From positions 1-53,395 of IMG/VR virus record IMGVR_UViG_3300009184_000059: 53,395 bases of DNA; one strand, 5' to 3'. The notes beneath the pieces are model-generated. The model saw only the letters and a program-made list of their open reading frames with translations, searched no databases and was not told the origin of the DNA. This DNA is from a virus (taxonomy: Duplodnaviria > Caudoviricetes). Position 1 is the stretch's first letter; every line of letters starts with the position of its first letter. Of the stretch, positions 9,650 through 17,407 are shown in pieces. A program made the position numbers and the translations under genes.

Positions 9650-9898
9650 TTATTCTTTCTTCTTTTTTTGTGCTGATTTCGGATAAACTATTTCTGCATT
9701 TTCTATTTCGTCTCGCGGAATTTGATACCATGCTAGATTGCCATTTTCAGGCTCCATGCTAACAAAGAATACCTTTTTGTCGCTTAACGAAAAACCCTCT
9801 GGAGGGGGAGACTGCAAGGCTATGTCTTTACTAGAGCACCCATAAACTTGGGCGTCATGCGGGTAAACAACAATGTAATTAATCTTTTGTGCTGGCAC
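9650..9898 (-). CDS. hypothetical protein (82 aa)
   Basis: ORF is coupled to both neighbours; no recognisable motif. Confidence 0.6.
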   Translation of the reverse strand: MPAQKINYIVVYPHDAQVYGCSSKDIALQSPPPEGFSLSDKKVFFVSMEPENGNLAWYQIPRDEIENAEIVYPKSAQKKKKE

Positions 9899-10349
9899 TT
9901 GCGAATCCTAAAACCTCTAAACCATTAGCCTTCATAAATTTTGAAACTTTTGACCAATCTTTATAGTTTTCATCTCTTATATAGAATACTGTTTTAATCG
10001 TGCTGTTAACTATCATTTTAGCACAAGTGAAACATGGGGGTCCATTAACGAATAACTTAGTTGGCTTAGAGCTGTGATCAGAGTGTATTAACGCATTCTG
10101 TTCAGCATGGACCGCTATACAGTTGTCGTATATAGATCCATTTTCGGAACCATCGACCAATCGAGGACAACCGCCCTCGTCGCAGTGCTTACTTTTTGGC
10201 GGTCCACCATTGTAGCCCATTCCCAGGACCATGTAGTCGTCATCTGTGAGTATCGCCATATACTGTTTTTTTCCACAAGTAGAAAAAATTGACGCACCTT
10301 CGACACAGAACATCAAGAACTGTATATCTTTTCTACTGAATAGCGGCAT
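9879..10349 (-). CDS. dCMP deaminase (ComEB family)
   Basis: GYNG, HAEQNAL and PPCFTCAKMI zinc-binding motifs. Confidence 0.92.
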   Translation of the reverse strand: MPLFSRKDIQFLMFCVEGASIFSTCGKKQYMAILTDDDYMVLGMGYNGGPPKSKHCDEGGCPRLVDGSENGSIYDNCIAVHAEQNALIHSDHSSKPTKLFVNGPPCFTCAKMIVNSTIKTVFYIRDENYKDWSKVSKFMKANGLEVLGFASASTKD

Positions 10350-10506
10350 TTAACATCAGTCCAGACAGAATAAACATGGACATAGACACAAGTAGTGTAA
10401 ACAGCTTCAGGTAGATTGTGTTTGCCGTATCTTTAGTGTTGACTATTACAATAACTCCCCAAACAGCAAAAAATCCTGCAAGAAAATAACTTAATAATTC
10501 ACCCAT
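10333..10506 (-). CDS. small two-TM membrane protein (57 aa; not in the ORF track)
   Basis: Manual translation MGELLSYFLAGFFAVWGVIVIVNTKDTANTIYLKLFTLLVSMSMFILSGLMLNAAIQ*; fills the gap and overlaps both the thyX stop and the deaminase start. Confidence 0.7.
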   Translation of the reverse strand: MGELLSYFLAGFFAVWGVIVIVNTKDTANTIYLKLFTLLVSMSMFILSGLMLNAAIQ

Positions 10507-11221
10507 CTAAGTTCTCCATAATAGCTTTTAGTGATATTGGGAAAAGTGGCTTCACTAAATCCGCCACAGCATTAGCGTAATCGCCAATTTCAGCCTGCGC
10601 CGTGTCATGAAGTCTCTGCTTAAGGAATAAGCCAACAGACTGAAGACTACATGACCAACGGTACACGACATTCATACCATAGGCCGGTAAGAATAGTCTA
10701 GCTTGCTCGGGTGCTACCCCGAGGGTATTCATTGCGTACTCGTAATTCTTTACACATTCGTCTATCGTCTTGCTCAGTAGGGCTGTCAACTCAAAGCCCT
10801 GCTCTAGTTCCAAGACTGGCCCAGAGCCCTGCTTCAGATTTTCCGGTGCACTCCTCCATTGATCTGGGTCTGGAAGATAAAAATCGGGTTCACCTGTTAT
10901 GTATCGCCTACTCGACTCATTCCATGAGTCCATAGTGTGATCAGACCCCACCACGTACTTCCAGTGTTGCCTTGCTACCATAAGGGGAGCTTTAAACTCA
11001 AGCGTTATGAAAGCGTGGCGGAATGGGGACCAATGGTTTTCTTTAGCGAGGAAGTAAATTAACTTTTCATCTTTTTCACTGAGCTTTAAGCTCTCTTTTT
11101 CGTAGGAGGCCCTAGCCGCATTGACTACCGAAAGATCTGATCCCATGCAATCAACTAGTCTAACGTACCCGTTAGAAAGCACGCTCTTTTTATTCGGGTC
11201 TTCGGGGCTACTCTTCTCCAT
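10499..11221 (-). CDS. thyX: flavin-dependent thymidylate synthase
   Basis: GSDLSVVNAARASY, HWSPFRH, WNESSRRY, PEQARLFLP and QRL..TAQAEI motifs; probable start ATG 11221 (ORF track gives 11269). Confidence 0.92.
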   Translation of the reverse strand: MEKSSPEDPNKKSVLSNGYVRLVDCMGSDLSVVNAARASYEKESLKLSEKDEKLIYFLAKENHWSPFRHAFITLEFKAPLMVARQHWKYVVGSDHTMDSWNESSRRYITGEPDFYLPDPDQWRSAPENLKQGSGPVLELEQGFELTALLSKTIDECVKNYEYAMNTLGVAPEQARLFLPAYGMNVVYRWSCSLQSVGLFLKQRLHDTAQAEIGDYANAVADLVKPLFPISLKAIMENLDG

Positions 11222-11573
11222 CTTCGCTCTCTTCAAGCTCCTCATCCTCATCATCTTCATTGTCCTCATCTAAATCATCATCATAGTCGTCGCTAAAGAT
11301 AATATCCATTTGAATATCATCATTGAATTTTTCTGAAACTTCTTTTACATTGTTTAATAATTCTAAAAAATCAGCTGTAATTTCCACGTCGGACGCCCTA
11401 AGGAGTTCGCTCATTAGATTAGAGAGTTGTGCGCATACAAAAGTTATGCTAGCTAGCGTTTCGGATACTTCATTCAATGCTATCTGCTGAAAACTAGGCT
11501 CGTCAAAATCTTCTTGACTTATAATTTCATCAAACTTTGAATCAAACTCTTCAGCGCTAGCCATATAGTGCAT
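11208..11573 (-). CDS. highly acidic hypothetical protein
   Basis: 121 aa with an Asp/Glu tail DDYDDDLDEDNEDDEDEELEESEDGEE. Confidence 0.7.
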   Translation of the reverse strand: MHYMASAEEFDSKFDEIISQEDFDEPSFQQIALNEVSETLASITFVCAQLSNLMSELLRASDVEITADFLELLNNVKEVSEKFNDDIQMDIIFSDDYDDDLDEDNEDDEDEELEESEDGEE

Positions 11574-11575
11574 CC

Positions 11576-13600
11576 TTATATTTCACAGGTATCGTTAGAA
11601 CAGAACTTTTCACCTTCTGCGTCAAATGAATTTCCTTTATAAAAATCTGTCCAATCGATACGCTTTACACTAGATACGCTACTATCCCAAGATTCCATAG
11701 CAATCCTTTCATAAGGCATTTGCTTATAGGCTCCGCCAACCTCTAGTATTGGTAGCATTGAAACTGATTTTAGTTGACCGTCTAGACTACGTAGCAAAGC
11801 ACCAATTTGGGGTTTTTCGCTTTCGGTAAACGTAATAGTAACAGAAACTTGGTTATCGGCCCAATACCTTTGGGCTAAGATAGCAAGTGCCGTCTTTTCC
11901 CACATAGAAACATCTCTCTCCGTTCTTACTTCTGGCCCAACTGTAGGAAGCTCGACAACCACACTGTGGGTAGGGTCCATGACATCTGGCTCGGTATGGT
12001 ACCCTGCGGCACTTAAGGAGTCTAGGAGTGGGTCATTGGAAGCTAGGCGCATCCTGCGAATGTATACATCCGCGACAGGCCAGTGGACACCGGGGGTAAC
12101 CCCGAAAAGTAGAGATACAGTGCCAGAAGGTTTAACTGAAGTAGTCTTAATAGACTGGCGGCAGCCAAGCCATTCTGAATACTTAGTATCAAGCATCTGA
12201 ATATAGTCATAGCCAGTGTCTAACCAGCCCCTTAGGTCGGTCCAGCCACGTGTCTCAGCAAAATGCGCTAACCCAGATACGGAACAACCTATCCGCCTAT
12301 TCCTTTGCATAATCGCATTAGTCTCAGGCCAATGGGTTGGGAGGAGCGTGACGGACTTGGCGTAGAGGTAAGATACCTTTAGTGTCTTATTGAAATCTTC
12401 CAATGTATCATGTCGTGAGATGAAATTCTCGACTAGCGTGCAACATTCTCCAGATTCCAAGGTCTGCTCCGAACATGGGTTTGTCCCTGCGGCGCGCCTA
12501 TCCTTATCATTCTTTGGGTCGACTAAGCGACCATAGGAACGACAGAGGTCCAACCAAACGATACCTGGTTCCCCATTGTCTGCTATTCTTTCTGCTATAT
12601 TATCGAAGTTATCTCCAACCTTAGCCACGATAGAATTATTTGAGGTATGCCCCCAACCATTGGCTCCCATGCGTTCCGGGTTAACTTCCCAGTTTTTAAG
12701 GTCTAGGAATTCTGGGTCATCTGCACTGCCCAGTGCGATTTCAGCCGACCTTCTAACGTTGCCAGCTACAACACATTTGCCTATCTTATTTTGCACATCA
12801 ACAATATCTGTTGTCGTAATCCTCTGCCCTGCCCTATTTTCGAACTGATCCCTAAGAGTCCTATGTAACTCCATTAGAGGACCTGGGCCGGCTGCAACGC
12901 CGCCAAAACCTTTTATAGGCTCTCCAGATGGTCTTATCTCCGAGTAGTCAAACTCAATACTATTCCTATTAGCAAAAAAATATGATTCAAGTAAAGTGGA
13001 TACCGATTCACACCAACCCTCCCTGGAGTCAGGCACTACAACGACCTTTACCTCATCTAAAGGCTGATGTATCTCCAGTTTTCCTGCACCCTTAGTGTCG
13101 AAACCCACCCCAACACCAAGCATAGACATCTCCATTAACCTAACGAAGGGCCAGACTGCCTCGTAAACGCTTCTAGAGGAAATGCCCTCGGTAGATAGGA
13201 AGCTACAGTTCTGCAGTGCGGCAGAGTTGTGCTGCCCGTTAACAAACTCTGTACCCATCATCCACAGCCCTCGACCGGGCGGGGTCCATTTTCCTACAAA
13301 TAATCTCTCGTACGCATCTTGAGCGGTAGCCTGAGCTTTCCTCTCGTTCCATGGTAGCCTATTGGACTTACACCAATCTTTTTGTATGGAGAACATACCT
13401 TCAATTACCCTGCGGCATGTTTCGGACCAGCGCTCTTTGCCGCCATCCGCCTTCCTCCTACTATACTTGGTGAGGAATGTTAATTCACCAAGTGAATTTC
13501 CAGCACCGATCGGGAAACCCCAAGGTACTGTGCGGTCTTTGTATTCCTTCATGAATTCTTCTGGCAACCTAAAAGAAAGGAAAGATGGATCCTCTGGCAT
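11576..13600 (-). CDS. nrdJ: class II (adenosylcobalamin-dependent, monomeric RTPR-type) ribonucleotide reductase
   Basis: PPGRGLW, ALQNC, VVAGNVRRSA, TNPCSEQ, CTLVE, RNRRIG, KPSGTVS and a C-terminal CxxxxC pair (CSNDTC); no small subunit nearby. Confidence 0.95.
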   Translation of the reverse strand: MPEDPSFLSFRLPEEFMKEYKDRTVPWGFPIGAGNSLGELTFLTKYSRRKADGGKERWSETCRRVIEGMFSIQKDWCKSNRLPWNERKAQATAQDAYERLFVGKWTPPGRGLWMMGTEFVNGQHNSAALQNCSFLSTEGISSRSVYEAVWPFVRLMEMSMLGVGVGFDTKGAGKLEIHQPLDEVKVVVVPDSREGWCESVSTLLESYFFANRNSIEFDYSEIRPSGEPIKGFGGVAAGPGPLMELHRTLRDQFENRAGQRITTTDIVDVQNKIGKCVVAGNVRRSAEIALGSADDPEFLDLKNWEVNPERMGANGWGHTSNNSIVAKVGDNFDNIAERIADNGEPGIVWLDLCRSYGRLVDPKNDKDRRAAGTNPCSEQTLESGECCTLVENFISRHDTLEDFNKTLKVSYLYAKSVTLLPTHWPETNAIMQRNRRIGCSVSGLAHFAETRGWTDLRGWLDTGYDYIQMLDTKYSEWLGCRQSIKTTSVKPSGTVSLLFGVTPGVHWPVADVYIRRMRLASNDPLLDSLSAAGYHTEPDVMDPTHSVVVELPTVGPEVRTERDVSMWEKTALAILAQRYWADNQVSVTITFTESEKPQIGALLRSLDGQLKSVSMLPILEVGGAYKQMPYERIAMESWDSSVSSVKRIDWTDFYKGNSFDAEGEKFCSNDTCEI

Positions 13601-13612
13601 AAATGTAATCTC

Positions 13613-14302
13613 CTAATTCTGAATTTGCTTAACTAATGTTTTGTTGGTCTTTAATAATTCTTGTTTTTTTATCTTTACGACTTGATCTACCGAATATATT
13701 TCGAAGATTAATCTTTCAAAAAAATAACCAGTTCTCCAGTTTAGAACTTTTTTCTTTATCTTTGACTCTTCCTTTTGAAAGATGTGGCATATTACTAGAC
13801 CACCGTAAGTCAGCACTAATCTCTCAAACCTTTTTTCTACCACTTCTTTGTTTCCGTCATTAACCTGACCAGACTCCTCGGCCGCCTTGAATAGCCAGTT
13901 AAAGGCTTGCCTGGGCCATGGTGCATAGACTATCGGATAAATGACTCCCAGCCTTTGGCACTGAAGCCTCCATGACTCTATTTCTAAGTCTTTTTCTATT
14001 ACTTCTAGTAATTTTTCTGTCCAATCTTGATCATCAAACTGTTGATAAGATGGGCACCAAAACAATAGGTTCTCTGGATTATCTGGGATTTTAGTCTTGT
14101 CGTAAACCGGGAGTAAAACAGCGCAAGCTATAGTTTTCTTTAACAATACCTTAGCTTGTTCTTCCCCATTTTTCTTAGCTAAGCGAGACCAAAGTGCGTC
14201 TATGTGCTTAGCCCAATCTGATTCACCAACATACAAGTTTAAATACTTTACAGCATTCTCTTTGGTGATCTCTCGACTCTGTGACTCTATTTTTAAGGAC
14301 AA
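13613..14302 (-). CDS. hypothetical protein (229 aa), first gene of the nucleotide-metabolism unit
   Basis: TTG start with a GGAG RBS; no family recognised. Confidence 0.7.
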   Translation of the reverse strand: MSLKIESQSREITKENAVKYLNLYVGESDWAKHIDALWSRLAKKNGEEQAKVLLKKTIACAVLLPVYDKTKIPDNPENLLFWCPSYQQFDDQDWTEKLLEVIEKDLEIESWRLQCQRLGVIYPIVYAPWPRQAFNWLFKAAEESGQVNDGNKEVVEKRFERLVLTYGGLVICHIFQKEESKIKKKVLNWRTGYFFERLIFEIYSVDQVVKIKKQELLKTNKTLVKQIQN

Positions 14303-14341
14303 TTAAATGACTCCATCAAAACCTATCTTAAGGTGTTAAAA

Positions 14342-14412
14342 GATGCTCTTAGAACAAACTACGGCCCTACCGAACTAACGATAGGACCGCAATTTATTTG
14401 AACCAAAGCATC
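14342..14412 (-). other. long imperfect RNA hairpin (terminator and/or 5' leader element)
   Basis: Minus strand GCGGUCCUAUCG-UUAGUU-CGGUAGGGCCGU forms 12 bp with G-U pairs, closed by an outer GAUGCU/AGCAUC stem and followed by UUUU. Confidence 0.65.
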
Positions 14413-14423
14413 AACATAAGTTA

Positions 14424-14453
14424 ATACTACCACGTAAAAATGGTAACTCTCAA
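14424..14453 (-). promoter_or_regulatory. sigma70/SigA-type promoter TTGAGA-N18-TAGTAT with extended TG
   Basis: -35 at 14448-14453 and TGG-TAGTAT at 14424-14432, in the intergenic region downstream of the holin. Confidence 0.6.
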
Positions 14454-14457
14454 ATAT

Positions 14458-14772
14458 TCAGGACTCTTTTTTGACAGTAATGCCAAAATTTTCTGTAGCA
14501 GTGTTTACCGTCTGAGAGATGCCCACGGGCTTCCAAAGACCATAATAGGTGCCAACAGCAATGATAAAGCTCATAACTGCCTGCGCTATAGTTGAAGTTC
14601 CTATTTCGCCACCAGAGCTAAGCCCTGCTGTCAAGACTGCGGTAAGTGCAGCGAAAAAAGCAAGAGTAATGGACTTGACGGCGGGGTGTGCGACCTGCTT
14701 GACAACTACACCGACAATAAGGGGTAGTATCATCGATACTACTATTTCTAGCAGACTAACATCTACTGTCAT
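14458..14772 (-). CDS. putative holin (actinophage type)
   Basis: Three hydrophobic helices; ILPLIVGVV and AVGTYYGLWKP.G signatures typical of actinobacteriophage holin-like proteins. Confidence 0.7.
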   Translation of the reverse strand: MTVDVSLLEIVVSMILPLIVGVVVKQVAHPAVKSITLAFFAALTAVLTAGLSSGGEIGTSTIAQAVMSFIIAVGTYYGLWKPVGISQTVNTATENFGITVKKES

Positions 14773-14773
14773 T

Positions 14774-15046
14774 TTATTCTCCTAAGGATTTGTTTATTTG
14801 ACGTGCGATAACCATTATCAAATGAAATGGATCTATTTTTGGAAAGAGGTTACCGAAGAATAGGTGCTTGGTTGTAAAGAACCATGCAAGTATAACTACC
14901 CATCTATTAATGGGGTGCTTTAAAGCTTTTCTCCAGGCGTCAGTCATGGGAGCGTTACCTGTAGCTAAAAGCAAGCCATCAGCTACAGATACATACGCTA
15001 CTAAACCTAGCCAAGCAATTTCTGCTGGTAAAGTTTCTCTTTCCAT
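14774..15046 (-). CDS. small membrane protein (actinophage-like)
   Basis: AWLGLVAYV...MTDAW..AL.HP..RW...AW...HL pattern with two hydrophobic segments. Confidence 0.65.
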   Translation of the reverse strand: MERETLPAEIAWLGLVAYVSVADGLLLATGNAPMTDAWRKALKHPINRWVVILAWFFTTKHLFFGNLFPKIDPFHLIMVIARQINKSLGE

Positions 15047-15052
15047 TGAAAG

Positions 15053-15063
15053 ATTATATCACA
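15053..15063 (-). promoter_or_regulatory. extended -10 promoter TGTGA-TATAAT giving a leaderless transcript
   Basis: TATAAT lies 6 nt upstream of ATG 15046 and there is no SD. Confidence 0.65.
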
Positions 15064-15672
15064 TCAAAGGGCGCGAGCTGAAGGAACGCCACGGTATTCA
15101 TTGACCCTATTATGGCCATATTCGTTGTCGTATCCAGCGGGAATTGCCTGCCCAAAAGTAGCTACGAATGCTGCTTCCCCAACACCCTTGCGAAGATTGG
15201 GGCCAAATGCACCAAACGAATCTGCGGTTCCAGCGGAATCAGTAAAGCGGACAGCGTGACCAGGGTTAGCCATTCGCTGAAACTTGTAAATATGCTCGTA
15301 GCCTCTGTTATAAGAGTAATCGGTTTCCCTAGTTATATGACCAAAGCTAGAGTCAAATACTACCGCTCCGGTAGTTGATCGGTTCTCGAAAGGCTTGAAC
15401 CTCATACCATCTATGCGTGCACCAGCGCCAGCGCTTTTTAGTGGCTGTATTGCGTTATCTAGTCCGGTAAATGCGCGGCTAAGACCTAGTCCGTGAGGAT
15501 AGTCTCCGGAGCCAGGGACGTAGTTAATGTTCGGCGCACCATCCAACACGTGGTCAGTGCTGTATAGCGGGTAGAACGAGTACGTGCCGGCGGTTCCCTT
15601 GTAGGGGTTGACCATATTATTGGAGTTGCGCCCCTTGAGTACTGGTCTTGGGCCTACGTAAAATAAAGCCAT
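15064..15672 (-). CDS. hypothetical protein (202 aa, Gly/Tyr/Asn-rich; possible virion protein)
   Basis: Strong AGGAG RBS; preceded by a structured leader. Confidence 0.75.
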   Translation of the reverse strand: MALFYVGPRPVLKGRNSNNMVNPYKGTAGTYSFYPLYSTDHVLDGAPNINYVPGSGDYPHGLGLSRAFTGLDNAIQPLKSAGAGARIDGMRFKPFENRSTTGAVVFDSSFGHITRETDYSYNRGYEHIYKFQRMANPGHAVRFTDSAGTADSFGAFGPNLRKGVGEAAFVATFGQAIPAGYDNEYGHNRVNEYRGVPSARAL

Positions 15673-15702
15673 GTTTACATTCTCCTGTAGTTATAGAAAT
15701 AG

Positions 15703-15775
15703 AGTGGAGGGCATGGTAAGTAACTATAGGGTCCTAAGTCAGTAGCCTGCACTGCCTGGATCCATACCCTCCACT
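15703..15775 (-). other. structured intergenic RNA element
   Basis: 14-bp stem AGUGGAGGGUAUGG/CCAUGCCCUCCACU (one U-G pair) enclosing a second hairpin. Confidence 0.6.
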
Positions 15776-15792
15776 AGTATAGTAACGACCTA

Positions 15793-17079
15793 TTAACTAT
15801 ACTCTACTTTCAATCCAGAAAGAGATGGGGTTCCTTTACCTATAGTCTGACTCAGGGTAACTTCTATCCAAACGCTTTGGGAAGCTGGCTGGGGATCTAG
15901 GGTATACACACCAGCTACAGCGGTTTCCCAAATCGCCCTATACGAGAATATGTAAGGTAATTCTGCCTCAGATACGTTGTATATATTGGGGGTTACATTA
16001 TCTACCGAATTTATAACTTTACCAGTCGGCGCATCAAACCTTAGGATGGCTTTGCCGGCCGACAGAAAGCTGTCATATCTAAGGTCAAAGAATGACAATC
16101 CATAAGTATATGTATACTTGTTATTCTCTAGGTAATAATCATTTTGCTTGATTTTCAATTTTACTGCATTAACTTCTTTTGGGTCAAAGTAGAAAATTTT
16201 TGGACCACAGCTAGGGATCGAGTCACCGTTCCACGCTCCTGGCGGTACCCATCCGACTGCCTCGTTTATTCCCGAGTAATAATCAGAAGAGTTGACTGGT
16301 ACGTAAGAATCATTGTCATTCAGATTAATAACTTGCTGAGAGGAGGTATATACACCAGTAAGTTCACAGCCCATCATTGGGTATGGGTGTACCACTATGG
16401 CATTGGCATTAACCGTTGCAGATATATCTCCTGGAGGTTTTGCGTAAAAGCTAACTTCAGAACCAGATGCAATGTTGGGTGCGCTTACTGTTACATTCCT
16501 TTCCCAAACTTTACCTGGTTCATCTTTAGCTGAATTCTGCACGTCCGAAGTAGATATCAGCGCAGAACCCGCATCTGCCGTACCTACCACCCCAGAGGCC
16601 CTAGCCTCAAAGGATGCTGGCAAGATAAAGTTGCCATAGTTATCGCTATAGCCAAGCTTGGACATTGAGCTAGAATTTATTTTAGGGAGAGTCATGACGC
16701 CATGCCTAGTGTCTATCGAGCATCTTGAAGTGCTAGATATTTCAAACTCAGTGCCGTTAAAATTATTCGTATCATCCACAGAGGAGTTGAAGAAAGTCAA
16801 AAGCTTATAAATAGCTATCTCTTCACCAGATTCTAATTCAGTGATATCTTCTAGCGCTATTACTCTCGATTTAAGTTCCTCCAAGGTTTTCATCAAGGAA
16901 AAATGATTTTTTACTAAATTACGGAATCTAATCCTTGCATCTTCGTCCGCCAAGCCGACCTTGTTAAGTAGCATTACTAGATCTCTATAAGCTTTTTCAA
17001 CTCTTTGATTGTAATTATCGCTCATTGCAGGGCCCCTATACTGGGCATGCTCCATGCGCGAGTAAAGTGACTCAGACAT
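15793..17079 (-). CDS. virion baseplate/tail structural protein (paralogue family)
   Basis: N-terminal YRGP..S..YN coiled coil, YTYTYGL and C-terminal WIEVTL...TPSLSGLKVEY; lies in the tail cluster. Confidence 0.6.
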   Translation of the reverse strand: MSESLYSRMEHAQYRGPAMSDNYNQRVEKAYRDLVMLLNKVGLADEDARIRFRNLVKNHFSLMKTLEELKSRVIALEDITELESGEEIAIYKLLTFFNSSVDDTNNFNGTEFEISSTSRCSIDTRHGVMTLPKINSSSMSKLGYSDNYGNFILPASFEARASGVVGTADAGSALISTSDVQNSAKDEPGKVWERNVTVSAPNIASGSEVSFYAKPPGDISATVNANAIVVHPYPMMGCELTGVYTSSQQVINLNDNDSYVPVNSSDYYSGINEAVGWVPPGAWNGDSIPSCGPKIFYFDPKEVNAVKLKIKQNDYYLENNKYTYTYGLSFFDLRYDSFLSAGKAILRFDAPTGKVINSVDNVTPNIYNVSEAELPYIFSYRAIWETAVAGVYTLDPQPASQSVWIEVTLSQTIGKGTPSLSGLKVEYS

Positions 17080-17407
17080 ACTTTCGCTCCATCTCTATAA
17101 TCCTATTCTTTAGGTCTTCTATTTCAAAAGACATATCCAAAATACCCATGACTTCATTACTTTCAGTACCAGAATATTCTATATTATCAATAGTAAAACC
17201 CCTAGAAATGTAGGCGGCATACCTTACGGATGTGTTTATGAAATCAGTTAACTTTTTATCTATATTGTTGACATCAAAAAGGAATTGGGATATTTCTAAA
17301 TTGACTTTGTAGCTCTCCCTAGATCCCCTATATCTCTGCCTAGACCTTTTTAGGGCTGGTTCGTATATAATTTTTCTTTTATCTATTTCATCATAAAATA
17401 AAGCCAT
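17072..17407 (-). CDS. small coiled-coil structural protein
   Basis: RYRGSRESYKVN resembles the N-terminus of the 428-aa neighbour (QYRGPAMSDNYN). Confidence 0.55.
   Translation of the reverse strand: MALFYDEIDKRKIIYEPALKRSRQRYRGSRESYKVNLEISQFLFDVNNIDKKLTDFINTSVRYAAYISRGFTIDNIEYSGTESNEVMGILDMSFEIEDLKNRIIEMERKYV

Noticed and set aside
1683-13600. Inteins or introns in DnaB or NrdJ
   Set aside because: Both have normal lengths and continuous motifs, with no intein splice signatures.
14303-14457. Cobalamin riboswitch upstream of nrdJ
   Set aside because: The region is short and lacks the B12-box consensus; only a simple long hairpin is supported.
15720-15738. GTAACTATAGGGTCCTAAG resembles the 23S rRNA helix-69 / I-CeuI site (GTAACTATAACGGTCCTAAG)
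   Set aside because: The match is short and gapped, lies on the strand opposite the genes, and has no flanking rRNA similarity or LAGLIDADG gene; probably chance.
15659-17407. Identical first 14 nt (ATGGCTTTATTTTA, MALFY) in the 202-aa and 111-aa genes
   Set aside because: AT-rich, only five codons, and no similarity beyond; cannot be distinguished from coincidence.
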